A stretch of 64,000 bases of DNA from contig NZ_CANQLZ010000004.1 in assembly GCF_947624825.1 (NCBI RefSeq), positions 778 to 64,777 of the forward strand, given 5' to 3'. Of this stretch, positions 9,599-23,893 are shown in pieces. The DNA comes from an uncultured Acinetobacter sp. (GTDB taxonomy: Bacteria > Pseudomonadota > Gammaproteobacteria > Pseudomonadales > Moraxellaceae). Every line of letters starts with the position of its first letter. Position 1 is the stretch's first letter. A program made the position numbers and the translations under genes. The notes under the pieces are model-generated. The model ran no database searches, was not told the DNA's origin, and was given only the letters and a program-made list of their open reading frames with translations.

Positions 9599-10657
9599 TT
9601 AATTTTTTTGATTGGCTTCTGTGATTTCGTCAATCAAACGTAAATAACTGTCTAAACGGCGTGCCAAAATTTCACCCTCTTGTACCGCTAAGCGTAAAGC
9701 GCATTGCTTTTCGTGTTTGTGGGTACAGTTACGAAATTGACAATAGCCCAAGCGATTTTCAATTTCAGGAAAGCCTTGTTGGACTTTGTCGGCGTCTAAA
9801 TGCCATAAACCAAACTCACGAATCCCCGGTGAGTCAATTAACGCGGCACCTTCACCAAACCCAATTAAACGGGTTGAAGTGGTGGTATGTTGACCCAAAG
9901 CTGAGTTTTCAGAAATGATATTGGTCTTTTGTGCCGCATCTGGAACAATGGCATTAATCAGTGTGCTTTTACCTACACCTGATTGACCGACAAATGCCAC
10001 GGTTTCGCCGGCTAAACGTTGTGACAATGTGATTAAATCACCATCGGCACGGCATTGCAGCACTTCATAGCCTAAATCTTGATATTCTTGCAGCAGGGTT
10101 AAAATGGCGTCATTTTCTTTGAGCAAGTCAGATTTATTCATGACCAACAGTGCCGGAATATCAGCATCGGCACACGCCACCAAATAGCGGTCAATTAAGC
10201 CCGGTGCTGGTTCAGGCAATGGCGCAAACACAATCACAATTAAACTAATGTTGGCCGCCACAGGTTTGACTTTATGATAACGGTCGGGACGTGTGAGCAG
10301 TGAGCGACGTGGCTGAATCGCAGTAATAATCCCTAAACCCGTATTAGGATCGGCTTGCCATTTGACACGGTCGCCGGTGACCAATAATTCTAAGTTGGTA
10401 CGGGTATGACAACGCCATACACTGTCTATTTCAATGGCTTTCCAAAACGGCTCCGGTTCACCGTCTATCACCACAGGTTTTTCAGGATGGACATCTGGCA
10501 CCGACAAAGCTTGCACTTCAAGCTGGCGACCATAATGTTGTACCACCAAGCCTTCTAAATCATTTGAAGTATCGAGCTCTTCTTGGCGTGTTTTGTGTTG
10601 TTTCTGAATTCGGCGTTGCTGCTGTTCAGTTAAACGACGTTTACGAATTAAGGCCAT
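9599..10657 (-). CDS. rsgA: Small ribosomal subunit biogenesis GTPase RsgA
   Basis: NKSDL, GQSGVGKST, GQHTTT, DSPGIREF, CQFRNCTHKHEKQC Zn site. Confidence 0.97.
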   Translation of the reverse strand: MALIRKRRLTEQQQRRIQKQHKTRQEELDTSNDLEGLVVQHYGRQLEVQALSVPDVHPEKPVVIDGEPEPFWKAIEIDSVWRCHTRTNLELLVTGDRVKWQADPNTGLGIITAIQPRRSLLTRPDRYHKVKPVAANISLIVIVFAPLPEPAPGLIDRYLVACADADIPALLVMNKSDLLKENDAILTLLQEYQDLGYEVLQCRADGDLITLSQRLAGETVAFVGQSGVGKSTLINAIVPDAAQKTNIISENSALGQHTTTSTRLIGFGEGAALIDSPGIREFGLWHLDADKVQQGFPEIENRLGYCQFRNCTHKHEKQCALRLAVQEGEILARRLDSYLRLIDEITEANQKN

Positions 10658-10780
10658 TCACATCCTAAAAAACCTAAAACTGAGAAAGGCAAAATAGCAT
10701 GAAGCAGGGGGCAAGTTACAGCACTCGGGCAATAAATTTGCTACTATAATCGTTTTTTAACCGAATAAGATTGCACATTT

Positions 10781-11335
10781 ATGAGCAGCACCCCTGACAC
10801 TCGCCTCATTTGGATCGACCTTGAAATGACAGGTCTAGATACCGATAACGACCAAATTATTGAAATTGCAACCATTGTGACCGATGATAATTTGAATATT
10901 TTGGCTGAAGGTCCTGTGCTTGCCATCCATCAATCACCGATTAAGTTAAACGCCATGGACGAGTGGAACACCCGTCAACATGGTCAATCAGGCTTAATTG
11001 AACGCGTGCGCCGCAGTAAACTTACCGCGCGTGATGCTGAATTACAAACACTTGAGTTTTTGAAAAAATGGGTTAGCCCAAAATCATCACCCATGTGTGG
11101 TAACTCGATTTGTCAGGATCGCCGTTTTATGCACCGTTTAATGCCGGAGCTTGAGCAATTTTTCCACTATCGTAATTTAGATGTATCAAGTGTCAAAGAA
11201 TTGGCTAAACGCTGGCGCCCTGAAATTATGCAAGGCTTAAAGAAAAATGCCTCGCATTTGGCGATGGATGATATTCGTGATTCGATTGCAGAACTTAAAT
11301 ATTACCGTGAATACTTCTTCATTATGAACAAGTAA
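10781..11335 (+). CDS. orn: Oligoribonuclease
   Basis: [39 protein letters not shown]. Confidence 0.97.
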   Translation: MSSTPDTRLIWIDLEMTGLDTDNDQIIEIATIVTDDNLNILAEGPVLAIHQSPIKLNAMDEWNTRQHGQSGLIERVRRSKLTARDAELQTLEFLKKWVSPKSSPMCGNSICQDRRFMHRLMPELEQFFHYRNLDVSSVKELAKRWRPEIMQGLKKNASHLAMDDIRDSIAELKYYREYFFIMNK

Positions 11336-11337
11336 AA

Positions 11338-11362
11338 TAAAGAGGCCATGCGCCTCTTTTTT
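11338..11362 (+). terminator. Intrinsic terminator after orn
   Basis: AAAGAGGC-catgc-GCCTCTTTTTT. Confidence 0.75.
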
Positions 11363-12023
11363 ATTGATAAAAATAAATTGCTGTGCCAATGATTCTGCAT
11401 AAAAACTGCTTAAACCAAGTAAGGTTTAAGTTGAAAAGGGCAACAATATGCAAAGCAGTCCCCCAATTTTGACCTGTGCTAGGTTTATTTTTCTACACTA
11501 TGTTTACCGCTCAAGTGGCAATTACGTATGCTGCAGGCATATAGGTGCAATGCGCTGTTTTGTTTTGGCGTTAATTGCCACATTTAAACCCAATTCTGCA
11601 CGTATGTTTGCCATTCCTTAGGCCTTGTTTTAAGGTGTGTTTTAGGTGAAATTTCGGTGGTTTTTTAGCAAAAATTCCTATGTTTACTATTGCAAGTTTT
11701 GCTGGCGACTTTGGTGATGTTCGCTTTGCATGTTATGTAACTGATTCGTTTAAAGCGCTGCTGCTTACTATGCACCTAAAGCTATGCAATGGGTGTTTTA
11801 TTGCCTTATTGGTCATGTCGTAAATGTATTATCCATTCTTAGGTTTACTTGGTTTGATTTAAGGTGATGCCTCAGCTTAATAGATCAAATTTAAAATTGG
11901 GTTGAGTTAAGCACAATTTTTTATGGCTTTTGCATAGATCGTGAAAAAAAGATGCATTATGCAATTTCCCAAAGCCTTCAGAGTTGGCATTATGCTGTTA
12001 AATTATTTTAAGAGAGAAGTCAC

Positions 12024-12827
12024 ATGTCACAAGGACTATTGGCAGGTAAGCGTTTCTTGATCGCAGGGATCGCCAGTAAATTATCTATTGCTTTTGGTAT
12101 TGCTCAAGCTCTACACCGCGAAGGTGCAGAACTTGCCTTTACTTATCCAAACGAAAAATTAAAAAAACGCGTGGATGATTTTGCTGCACAGTTTGGTTCA
12201 ACGTTGGTTTTTCCATGTGATGTTGCAAGTGATGCCGATATCGACAATGCATTCTTAGAATTGGCGAAGCATTGGGATGGTTTAGACGGTGTAGTACATT
12301 CAATTGGCTTTGCACCTGCACATACTTTAGATGGTGACTTTACCGATATTACCGACCGTGAAGGCTTTAAAATCGCGCATGACATCAGTGCCTATAGCTT
12401 TATTGCGATGGCGCGTGCAGCGAAGCCATTATTATTGGCGCGTCAAGGTTGTTTATTGACTTTAACTTATCAAGGTTCTGAACGTGTATTGCCAAACTAC
12501 AACGTGATGGGCTTAGCCAAAGCGTCTTTAGAAGCCGGTGTACGTTATTTAGCATCAAGCTTGGGTGCTGAAGGTATTCGTGTGAATGCCATTTCTGCCG
12601 GTCCTATTCGCACGCTTGCAGCATCAGGCATTAAATCTTTCCGTAAAATGTTAGATGCCAACGAAAAAACTGCACCATTACGTCGTAACGTGACCATTGA
12701 AGATGTCGGCAATGCTGCACTATTCCTATGCTCACCATGGGCAAACGGGATTACTGGTGAAATCTTGTATGTCGATGCAGGCTTTAACACCGTTGGCATG
12801 AGCCCTGAATTAATGATGGGTGACTAA
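12024..12827 (+). CDS. fabI: Enoyl-ACP reductase
   Basis: [47 protein letters not shown]. Confidence 0.97.
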   Translation: MSQGLLAGKRFLIAGIASKLSIAFGIAQALHREGAELAFTYPNEKLKKRVDDFAAQFGSTLVFPCDVASDADIDNAFLELAKHWDGLDGVVHSIGFAPAHTLDGDFTDITDREGFKIAHDISAYSFIAMARAAKPLLLARQGCLLTLTYQGSERVLPNYNVMGLAKASLEAGVRYLASSLGAEGIRVNAISAGPIRTLAASGIKSFRKMLDANEKTAPLRRNVTIEDVGNAALFLCSPWANGITGEILYVDAGFNTVGMSPELMMGD

Positions 12828-12840
12828 CTCCATCTTGTTT

Positions 12841-12870
12841 AAAAAAAGCACCTTTTTAGGTGCTTTTTTA
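12841..12870 (+). terminator. Intrinsic terminator after fabI
   Basis: AAAAAAAGCACC-ttttt-AGGTGCTTTTTT. Confidence 0.8.
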
Positions 12871-12918
12871 TGGCTTAAGGTTAGAATAAATTTTTAAAAA
12901 CGACAACTTGGGGAAGCT

Positions 12919-14709
12919 ATGTGGTTTTTAGGGCTTGTGATCTTAAGCGTTATTGGCTTTGGGATATGGTTATATCAGCGTAAATCGCCTGTGGAACGGG
13001 ATCAGCAGGTCTTAAGTGATGCCTTATGGGTGGATCAAGTAGATGCTGAGTTGGCATTGGCAAGATCTTTGTTTGAGGGAAAAAATCCTGATTACGAGCG
13101 TGCTTATACCTTATTACAAAATTTAAGTCAGCAACATGAATTGCCTGAAGCCTATATGTATATGGCATTTATGCAGCAACAAGGTTTAGGGCGTCCTGTG
13201 GACATCAGCGCTGCCAAAGCTTTACTTGAAACTGCACATCAACGCGGTGGTGATGAAGCAAGTTATTATTTAGGGCAAATCTGCCAAGCTGAGCAAGATA
13301 ACGCCAAAGCCTTGTATTGGTATCAATATGGCGTGGCGCGTGGTAATCCAAACGCGCAATATAAATTGGCTGAATTTTATTTACATGGTATTGAAGTTGA
13401 ACAAGATATACAAAAAGCACAACACATTTGGATGGATGCGGCCAAAAAAGGGCAGGTGGACGCGCAATATCGTTTGGCTGAGTATTTATGGCAGGGACAA
13501 TATTTTGCCAAAGACCAAGTACGCGCCAAACAATATTTACATCAAGCAGTGCAACAACAATATCCACAAGCGATTGCTTTATTTAAACAGATTCAAGATA
13601 CCCAAGGTTTTAATACAGATCACAGTATTGATTTACAATATTTAAAACAACAAGCTTTTGCAGGCGACCAATTAGCCCAATATCACTATTGTTTGGCTGT
13701 ACTTAAACAGCTGCTAGATACAGAACAAACCGAGGCAGTGATAGCGCTGCTTCAACAAGATGCCCAACAGCAAAAAGCCTATGCTTTAAGTTTACTCGGT
13801 AGTGCCTATTATCACGGTTGGGGTGTGAGCTCCAATACACGCCAAGCGTTTCAATATTGGACGCGTGCTGCCGCCAAAAATGACCCAATTGCCTTATGTA
13901 GCCTTGGGGTTTTGCAACAGCACGGGATTTTGCTTGAGCAGCCAAACTTTGCACAGGCATTGGCTTTGTATCAACAAGCAGCACAAACAGGGGAGGTTGC
14001 TGCCCTGTGTTTATGGGCTGAATGTTATTTGAACGCTGTAGGCACTGCTGCCAATGCCTTACAAGCGCAGCAATTATTGAGCACTGTCGCCAAGAATTTT
14101 TCAGTTGAGGTCAATACAGCAGCCGATGCCGTGTATGTTTTGGCATTATTTTACGCACAGCCTTTACATGTGTTCACTGATCAAGGTAAAGCCAATCATT
14201 ACTTAAAACAAGCTGCTGACATGGGCGCAAGCCAAGCCATGCTAGACATTGCACAAGCCTACTTAAATGGTCAATCTGGCTTTGAGGTAGATTTGGCTCA
14301 AGCGCGTGCCTACTTTGAAGCTGCTATGCAACATGGTCATATAGCAGCACAAACTCAGTATGCCTTGTTGTTGTTAGATGGACACGGTGGAGCGCAAGAT
14401 CAAGCCCAAGCTTTTGAGTATTTACAAGCAGCGGCCCCACAAGATCGCTTAGCCCTGACCCATTTAGCCCGTTGTTATGAACAAGGTTTGGGTGTGGTGG
14501 TGGATCTGCCACAGGCTTTGTCGCTTTATCAAGAAGCGATTGCTTTGGGTGAGCCCGAAGCCTATTTCCATATGGGGCGTTTGTATGCGCAAGGGCATGG
14601 GGTGGTGCGTAATATTGATCAAGCGTTGGAGTGGCTTGAGCAGGCCCAGCATTTAGGTCATGTGCAGGCGGCAAAATTAGCCGATTCTTTGCAACAAGAA
14701 TATGAATAA
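12919..14709 (+). CDS. Membrane-anchored Sel1-repeat protein
   Basis: N-terminal TM helix; many repeats of A.Y.LG..Y..G.GV..D...A..WY..AA..G. Confidence 0.9.
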   Translation: MWFLGLVILSVIGFGIWLYQRKSPVERDQQVLSDALWVDQVDAELALARSLFEGKNPDYERAYTLLQNLSQQHELPEAYMYMAFMQQQGLGRPVDISAAKALLETAHQRGGDEASYYLGQICQAEQDNAKALYWYQYGVARGNPNAQYKLAEFYLHGIEVEQDIQKAQHIWMDAAKKGQVDAQYRLAEYLWQGQYFAKDQVRAKQYLHQAVQQQYPQAIALFKQIQDTQGFNTDHSIDLQYLKQQAFAGDQLAQYHYCLAVLKQLLDTEQTEAVIALLQQDAQQQKAYALSLLGSAYYHGWGVSSNTRQAFQYWTRAAAKNDPIALCSLGVLQQHGILLEQPNFAQALALYQQAAQTGEVAALCLWAECYLNAVGTAANALQAQQLLSTVAKNFSVEVNTAADAVYVLALFYAQPLHVFTDQGKANHYLKQAADMGASQAMLDIAQAYLNGQSGFEVDLAQARAYFEAAMQHGHIAAQTQYALLLLDGHGGAQDQAQAFEYLQAAAPQDRLALTHLARCYEQGLGVVVDLPQALSLYQEAIALGEPEAYFHMGRLYAQGHGVVRNIDQALEWLEQAQHLGHVQAAKLADSLQQEYE

Positions 14710-14739
14710 AAAAACCGAAGCATTAAGCTTCGGTTTTTT
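14708..14739. terminator. Bidirectional terminator between Sel1 gene and efflux operon
   Basis: AAAAAAACCGAAGC-atta-AGCTTCGGTTTTTT. Confidence 0.85.
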
Positions 14740-14749
14740 GATCTACAGT

Positions 14750-16141
14750 TTAATTTTTAAGTGGTGAACCACCTAGAGTTTGCATTAAAGTCACATACGC
14801 GTTGTATTGGCTTTGTTTGGTTTGCACCAAAGACAAACGTGCATTACGGGTGGTGGCTTGGGCGTCTAAAACATTTTTTAAGGCAATTGCACCATTTTTA
14901 TAGCGCACTTGGGTTAAACGTTCGGTTTTTTCAGCCAATGCTACATTCTGTTGTTGCAGCGCCACTTGTCGGTTAAGTTCGGTGCGGTTAGACAGTGCAT
15001 TTTCTACATCGGCAAAGGCTTGATACAAGGTTTGACGATATTGAACAATGGCTTTTTCATAGTCTAAATCACTCATGGCTAAGTCTTTTTTCATATCGTT
15101 ATATTGCAAAAATGGCAGGCTTAAACTTGCCCCTAAAGCCAAGGTTGGATTTTGCAATAATTGCGTTAAAGACGTGCTTGATGTACCTAAATTGCCAGTT
15201 AAGCTAATGGATGGATAGTAACTGGCTTTGGTGGCATCTTTATTGGCTAAGGCTTTGCGTAAACGTAACTCAGCCGCTTGTAAATCGGGACGACGCGCGA
15301 GCAAACTTGCCGGTAAACCTGCCTCAATATTAGGCAGTTTAAGCGCTCCTAAACCTTTAGGTTCGGTGATGCTCAATTGCTGTAGCGGACGATTGAGTAA
15401 TACTGCAAGCGCCGTGCGTGTTTCAAGCAATTGCTGCTGAATTTGACTTAAACTGGCACGTTGGCTTTGTACGGCTTGTTCAGCTTGAGTGACTTCTAAG
15501 CCTGAAACCGCCCCTGAACGATACTGACTACGCACCAAATTATAGGTTTGTTGGGTGCTATTTAAATTTTGCTCAGACACAGTTAAGCGTTCCTTTAAAT
15601 AGCCCAACTGCCAATACAATTGCGTGGTGGTGGCAATCAAACTTTGTGCTGTAGCTTGTAAATCTTGTTCGGTGGCCAATGCCTCCCAACGTGCCGCTTC
15701 AGTTTGACTAGCTAAACGTCCAAACAAATCTACTTCGTAGCTGACACCGCCACTAAGCGACATACCGCGTGCGTTATTTTCACCTGAATTGAGGTCAAAA
15801 TTGTGTCCTGTAGAGACACTTGAATTAACCCGCACCCCTTGACGATCTTGTGCTAAACCTGCTTGTAAACGTGCCTGTTGCAAATTGATACCGGCCACAA
15901 CCAAGTCATTGTTGCTGGCTAAGACTTGCTCCACCAACCGATTTAAGTTGGCATCATTAAACAAAGTCCACCAACGATCTGCATAAACATCGGCATGAAT
16001 CTGATCAGACTGTTTAGTATTGAGTGCAAAACTTTGTGGTATATCCAGCACAGGGGCTTGATAGGGGGTTTTAACCACAGCAGCACAGCCTGTAAATGCC
16101 GTGCCGATCAGTAAAGCTGTGCAGAGTTTAGAGAGCTTCAT
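14750..16141 (-). CDS. TolC/NodT-family outer-membrane efflux lipoprotein partnering MacAB
   Basis: Lipobox AFTGC; WWTLFND..LN.LV, SYEVDLFG, RRPDL..AE, YPSISLTG; ATG at 16141 chosen by SD spacing. Confidence 0.9.
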   Translation of the reverse strand: MKLSKLCTALLIGTAFTGCAAVVKTPYQAPVLDIPQSFALNTKQSDQIHADVYADRWWTLFNDANLNRLVEQVLASNNDLVVAGINLQQARLQAGLAQDRQGVRVNSSVSTGHNFDLNSGENNARGMSLSGGVSYEVDLFGRLASQTEAARWEALATEQDLQATAQSLIATTTQLYWQLGYLKERLTVSEQNLNSTQQTYNLVRSQYRSGAVSGLEVTQAEQAVQSQRASLSQIQQQLLETRTALAVLLNRPLQQLSITEPKGLGALKLPNIEAGLPASLLARRPDLQAAELRLRKALANKDATKASYYPSISLTGNLGTSSTSLTQLLQNPTLALGASLSLPFLQYNDMKKDLAMSDLDYEKAIVQYRQTLYQAFADVENALSNRTELNRQVALQQQNVALAEKTERLTQVRYKNGAIALKNVLDAQATTRNARLSLVQTKQSQYNAYVTLMQTLGGSPLKN

Positions 16142-16151
16142 AAACATTACC

Positions 16152-18128
16152 TTATTCACGAGAAAGTGCATCTACAGGGTTGAGACGAGCAGCATTGCGT
16201 GCAGGAATAAAGCCAAACACGATCCCAATTAAACTTGAGCAAACAAATGCCGCCACAATAGACGTAGTGGAGTAAACCATTTGGAAGGTTCCACCGGCAA
16301 AATGGGTGATGAGCTGACCAATGCCAAGTGATAGCAACACACCCAACACTCCACCTAAAATACACACCAATACCGCTTCAATTAAAAATTGCTGTAAAAT
16401 ATCGCTTTGGCGCGCACCGACTGCCATTCGCACGCCAATTTCTTGTGTACGCTCAGTGACCGACACCAACATAATATTCATCACGCCAATACCACCCACC
16501 ACCAATGAGATCACCGCAATTGCTGAAATGAGCAAAGTCATGGTTTGTGTGGTTTTTTGAATGGTTTCACGAATACTGTCGGCATTTTGGGTAAAGACAT
16601 CTTGCGCGCCGTGACGTTGGGTCAATAAACTTAAAATGGCATTTTCAGCAGTGGCACTTGGATATTCATCTTTTACCCGTACAATAATTTGACGTACATT
16701 GGGCTGACCTAACATACGGCTCATGACAGTTGAATAGGGTAAATAGACATTGAGTGTATCTGAGCCACCCATGCCACCTGTTTGAGGATTGACGACACCA
16801 ATGATTCGGCTTGGCACACTGCCCAATAACAACACTTGTCCAACTGGATTGCTACCGTCGCTAAAAAAGGTGCGTTGCGTATTGGTATCAATCACCACAT
16901 CTTGGGTTTGTTGGTTGACACTGGCACGATCAAAAGGCTGACCCGATTGAAAGGTTAAGCCTTTGACGTAAAAGAAGTCTTCGCTGACACCATTGACCGT
17001 AGTCGAGGCTTCGGTATCTTTAAAACGTCCTGTGACGTTGGTATTGACCGAAGGACTAACTCCATCCACATAAGGTTGTTCGGCTAAGGCATCGGCATCG
17101 GCTGGAATTAAAGTTTTGGCTTGGGATGACCTTGAGGTATCGCCAAAGCCACGACCTTGAAATACGGTGATGGTATTAGTGCCTAAGCTACTAATATTTT
17201 TTAAAATTTGTTGCTGTGAGCCGTTACCCAGCGCCACGACTGAGACGACTGAGGCAATCCCGATAATAATGCCAAGCATGGTTAAAAAGGTGCGCATGCG
17301 ATGTGCATTCATGGCCAACACCGCCATACGGAAGGCTTCACCTAAACGATCAAACACCGCGCGAACACTTGAGACTTTCTTTTGTGGGGCACGGTTTAGG
17401 CTTTGTTTTTCAAAGCCATCATCAATTTCAGGTACATTGGCACGATCAGAAATAATATTTCCGTCTGAAATTTCAATAATTCGGGTGGCGTTTTTGGCGA
17501 CGTTTAAATCATGGGTCACCAAAATAATGGTATGACCTTTGGCATTGAGCTCACGTAAAATACGCATCACTTCAATACCACTATTTTTGTCTAATGCACC
17601 GGTGGGTTCATCGGCCAAAATGACATCACCACCATTCATTAAAGCACGCGCAATCGAGACACGTTGTTGTTGACCGCCAGAAAGTTGGCTTGGGCGGTTT
17701 TGGGTTTTTTCGCTTAAACCTAAATCACTGAGGAGTTTCACCGCACGTTGATGACGCTCTTCACTGTCGTGACCTGCATAAATAGCAGGTACTTCCACGT
17801 TACCTGCTGCGCTTAAATCGCCAAGTAAATGATAACGCTGGAAAATAAAGCCAAAGTATTCACGGCGCAATTGTGCCAGTTCATCGGCTTCAAGTTCACG
17901 CGTTTCACGTCCCTTGACTTGATAGCTGCCCGACGTCGGTTTATCCAAGCAGCCTAAAATATTCATTAAGGTGGATTTGCCCGATCCCGACTGACCCACA
18001 ATCGCGACCAATTCACCTGCGTAAATCTCTAAATTGACCCCTTTTAAAATCTGGACGGTACCTTCACCTGCAGGGAATTCACGTACCAGATCTTTAACCG
18101 CCAACAGCGGTGTTTGTGTCTGGCTCAT
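16152..18128 (-). CDS. macB: MacB ABC efflux ATPase/permease
   Basis: [57 protein letters not shown]. Confidence 0.95.
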   Translation of the reverse strand: MSQTQTPLLAVKDLVREFPAGEGTVQILKGVNLEIYAGELVAIVGQSGSGKSTLMNILGCLDKPTSGSYQVKGRETRELEADELAQLRREYFGFIFQRYHLLGDLSAAGNVEVPAIYAGHDSEERHQRAVKLLSDLGLSEKTQNRPSQLSGGQQQRVSIARALMNGGDVILADEPTGALDKNSGIEVMRILRELNAKGHTIILVTHDLNVAKNATRIIEISDGNIISDRANVPEIDDGFEKQSLNRAPQKKVSSVRAVFDRLGEAFRMAVLAMNAHRMRTFLTMLGIIIGIASVVSVVALGNGSQQQILKNISSLGTNTITVFQGRGFGDTSRSSQAKTLIPADADALAEQPYVDGVSPSVNTNVTGRFKDTEASTTVNGVSEDFFYVKGLTFQSGQPFDRASVNQQTQDVVIDTNTQRTFFSDGSNPVGQVLLLGSVPSRIIGVVNPQTGGMGGSDTLNVYLPYSTVMSRMLGQPNVRQIIVRVKDEYPSATAENAILSLLTQRHGAQDVFTQNADSIRETIQKTTQTMTLLISAIAVISLVVGGIGVMNIMLVSVTERTQEIGVRMAVGARQSDILQQFLIEAVLVCILGGVLGVLLSLGIGQLITHFAGGTFQMVYSTTSIVAAFVCSSLIGIVFGFIPARNAARLNPVDALSRE

Positions 18129-18129
18129 G

Positions 18130-19452
18130 TTACATTCTCATTGGTGGGCGACTAGTACTACGCTTAGCGGCATCATTTGAAGTATCATTTGCATCTGCAA
18201 TCACCACTTCATCACCTTGGTTTAAGCCACGAATGACTTGTGCATTGGCACGGTTATTTAAACCAATTAATACTTGTTGAGGTTTGGCGCTACCATCTGC
18301 TTGTAACACACGTACCATCGCAACTGAGGCTTGACCTTGATCAACCAACGCTTTTTCTGCGGCATTTAATTCTAAACGAGCAGGGCGCTCACCTTGTGGA
18401 CGCTCTTCTGGATTACGTTCGCTGCGCTCAGGGCGAGGGGGTGCATTGGCTGAACGTGCCGGACGCTTAGAGGCTTGAATTGCAGCTGCTGGAATGGTTA
18501 AGGTGTTACGTGCTTCATTTAACACGATATACACTTGTGCGGTCATATCAATACGCAATTTGCCGTCTTCATTGGGTACATCAAATAACGCGTTGTAATA
18601 CACCGCCGTGCTTGATGATGAGCTTGAATTGTTGGTTTCGGTATTAATTGAATTGGGTGCAGGCTCAACCTGACGCAAAGTGGCGTAGTATTTCTTTTCA
18701 TTGTTACCAAGGGTAGTGAAATATACCGTTTGACCTTCTTGGACTTTCATCACGTCTGCTTCAGAAATTTCAGCTTTAACGGTCATGGTGTCTAATTTAG
18801 CCAATTTCACAATAGTTGGCGCACTTTGATTGGCGTTTACGGTTTGACCTTCTTCCGTCACAATCGCAACCACCGTACCATCCATCGGTGCCACAATTTG
18901 GGTATAACCTAAGTCTTCTTTGGCTGTGGCTAAGGTTAAACGTGATTGCTCAATTTGCGCGTTAATAGCGACAATTTCCGCTTGTGCAGTTTTATAACTT
19001 GCCATTGCGCCTTCAAGTTCGGCTTTAGAGGTGGCATCTTCAGCAAACATGGCTTGTTGACGATTATATTCAGCTTCGACTTTGGCCAAATTGGCTTGGC
19101 GTACCGCCAATTGGGCTTGTTGATTTTTAATGCTCGCTTCTGCGGTTTTTACATCATTTTTTTGACGTACAGAATCAATCTCAGCAATCAATTGACCTTG
19201 TTTGATTTGGTCGCCAAGTTGCACATACATTTGTTTGACTTGACCTGAAACCTGCGCGCCAACACTCACCATCTTGGTGGCTTCTAAAATACCTGTGGCT
19301 AACACAGAGTCTTCAATGTCACCTTTGGCCACGCTTGCGGTGATATATTGCGGCGCCTGCTCTTTAGGGCTAAGAAAATACCATGCAGTGACCGCTAAAG
19401 TTGCGGCACAGAGCAATGCAAGTAAAATTTTAATCGGTTTTATTTTGACCAT
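18130..19452 (-). CDS. macA: MacA periplasmic adaptor (membrane fusion protein)
   Basis: [35 protein letters not shown]; likely ATG at 19452. Confidence 0.93.
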   Translation of the reverse strand: MVKIKPIKILLALLCAATLAVTAWYFLSPKEQAPQYITASVAKGDIEDSVLATGILEATKMVSVGAQVSGQVKQMYVQLGDQIKQGQLIAEIDSVRQKNDVKTAEASIKNQQAQLAVRQANLAKVEAEYNRQQAMFAEDATSKAELEGAMASYKTAQAEIVAINAQIEQSRLTLATAKEDLGYTQIVAPMDGTVVAIVTEEGQTVNANQSAPTIVKLAKLDTMTVKAEISEADVMKVQEGQTVYFTTLGNNEKKYYATLRQVEPAPNSINTETNNSSSSSSTAVYYNALFDVPNEDGKLRIDMTAQVYIVLNEARNTLTIPAAAIQASKRPARSANAPPRPERSERNPEERPQGERPARLELNAAEKALVDQGQASVAMVRVLQADGSAKPQQVLIGLNNRANAQVIRGLNQGDEVVIADANDTSNDAAKRSTSRPPMRM

Positions 19453-19546
19453 GAGCAATATGATGGGTTCCAAAAATTGCTCAAATTATATGTCTGAAAT
19501 AAGGATAAAGCGTGGATATTTTTAATAAATCGAAAATGATTCTTAT

Positions 19547-20545
19547 TTATCCAAGCCTAAATAAGCGTTGTCCACACACCAAAGCAATGGCTTGTTGAAT
19601 CAAGTGTTCCGGATTTTCATGTCCTAAACCTTTCACCGCACTATCAATACGTAATAACAAATCAGGCCAAGTCAAAAAGTCTTGCGGATTTAAACGGCGT
19701 AAGGCTTGTTGATATAAAGCCACTTTGGTTTTCCAAATCCCCAATTGCAAAGGGTTGTGCGGTTGTTCAAATAGTTGCATCAGCAAACGCATTTCTTTAC
19801 TGACGCTCCATAAAATTAACGTCATGGCTTCGCCTGAGGCGACTAAATACTGAAAAATTTTAATCGCTTGGGTAAGGTTGCCCTGTAACATGGCATCGCT
19901 TAAATCAAAAGTGCTATAGCGTGATTGATCTTGTAAACAGGCTTGTAGCTCAGCAATACCAATCACATCCAGTTCAGCAAAGGTATCACCCACTCGCATT
20001 AGACTATTTTTGGCAGCCAGTAAATTATGCTCATGATGCGCCTCTAACCATGCCCAAGCATCTGCATGCAGTTTAAGGCCAAGTTTTTCAGCTTCAACGC
20101 TTAAAATCTGCTGACGATCTTGCGCATAGTTGGCGGTTAAAGCCACTAAAGTGCCATTGGCATCTATGGTTTGAAAAAATTTAGTTTTTAAACTGGCGCT
20201 GTCTTGCTTGGGCATCACGATGACCAGTAGGTTTTCGTGACTGTCACCTTGCAATAAATAGCTGTCTAACTGTTTTAAGGCAGCGGCATCGGGCTTAATA
20301 TTGCCATGTACTTCAATCGCCAGTTGGGTTGCAAATAAAGACAAACTATTAAGCGCACTAAATACCGTTTTCCAATCGCCGACATTGCTTAAATCATAAC
20401 GTTGCCGTTCAATGCCTTGAGCGTGCCAATACCGACGAAAAGCGTCTAATAGATTTTGTTCAAGCAGCGGTTCTTGACCATGCAGCACCCAAGCGCCACG
20501 CGCTGATTCAATACGTTTTAAGGCTTGCAGATAGTCAAGTTTCAT
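19547..20545 (-). CDS. holA: DNA polymerase III delta subunit
   Basis: HGQEPLL, SLSLFA, FDLSDA..G; conserved leuS-lptE-holA order. Confidence 0.9.
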   Translation of the reverse strand: MKLDYLQALKRIESARGAWVLHGQEPLLEQNLLDAFRRYWHAQGIERQRYDLSNVGDWKTVFSALNSLSLFATQLAIEVHGNIKPDAAALKQLDSYLLQGDSHENLLVIVMPKQDSASLKTKFFQTIDANGTLVALTANYAQDRQQILSVEAEKLGLKLHADAWAWLEAHHEHNLLAAKNSLMRVGDTFAELDVIGIAELQACLQDQSRYSTFDLSDAMLQGNLTQAIKIFQYLVASGEAMTLILWSVSKEMRLLMQLFEQPHNPLQLGIWKTKVALYQQALRRLNPQDFLTWPDLLLRIDSAVKGLGHENPEHLIQQAIALVCGQRLFRLG

Positions 20546-20548
20546 AAA

Positions 20549-21070
20549 TTACTGTGCAGCTTGGGTTTTAGGTAAACGGTTAGACGAAATCTGACGCACA
20601 ATTTGCTGTGCCACATCATCCACCATCACCTGATTTAAATATTTGTTTTCTTGGTCATCGGTGTTGACCGTCGCCAAGTCATATTGATAGGTACGGGTTG
20701 CAATCACGGTGCGCGGTTCAGTTAACGCATTGCCTTGTGCATCTTCAATACGAAAGGTTACATTTAAACGCAATAACACTTCAATCAGTTTGCCATTGAG
20801 TTCTAAACGACGTGGAGTATAGTCCAAAACACGCAATACATAAGCGTCCGATGAATCGCTGAGTTGTACGCCTGCTGTACCTAAATAAATGGCAAGTTTT
20901 TCTTGTAATAAGTCACTGTCAGGGTTATTGGGTAAAACAAGATTCATTTTTTGATAAGCCACAGGCGCAACACTTGGATTGGTGCCTTTTAAATGAAAGC
21001 CACAACCGGTTAAGCTTGCACCAAGACCACAAGTTAAAACAATTGCTGCTAAACGTTTGCCTAAATGCAT
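20549..21070 (-). CDS. lptE: LPS assembly lipoprotein LptE
   Basis: Lipobox LTGCGFHL; lies between leuS and holA. Confidence 0.92.
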   Translation of the reverse strand: MHLGKRLAAIVLTCGLGASLTGCGFHLKGTNPSVAPVAYQKMNLVLPNNPDSDLLQEKLAIYLGTAGVQLSDSSDAYVLRVLDYTPRRLELNGKLIEVLLRLNVTFRIEDAQGNALTEPRTVIATRTYQYDLATVNTDDQENKYLNQVMVDDVAQQIVRQISSNRLPKTQAAQ

Positions 21071-21117
21071 GCGTTGTCCTCTGTTATCGAGTTTAAATTC
21101 TGTGGTGATTGTAAAGT

Positions 21118-21146
21118 CAAAGCCCGTTGACTGGCAACGGGCTTTG
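21118..21146. terminator. Hairpin between leuS and lptE (weak terminator or mRNA stabiliser)
   Basis: CAAAGCCCGTTG-actgg-CAACGGGCTTTG perfect 12-bp stem; only short U runs. Confidence 0.5.
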
Positions 21147-21180
21147 TTTGGGAATTGTGAAATCCTCAGAAAGAGCAGGA

Positions 21181-23823
<2,643 letters not shown>

Positions 23824-23893
23824 TTAAAAATTTAAGCCACAGCATAGCGCAAAATGCACCTAAAAGTGAATTTTAAGCATAGCAAAAATTGCC

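Noticed and set aside
11524-11616. 30-codon minus-strand ORF MANIRAELGLNVAINAKTKQRIAPICLQHT
   Set aside because: The AAGGA abuts the ATG with no spacing and there is no other support; the region is kept only as part of the intergenic finding.
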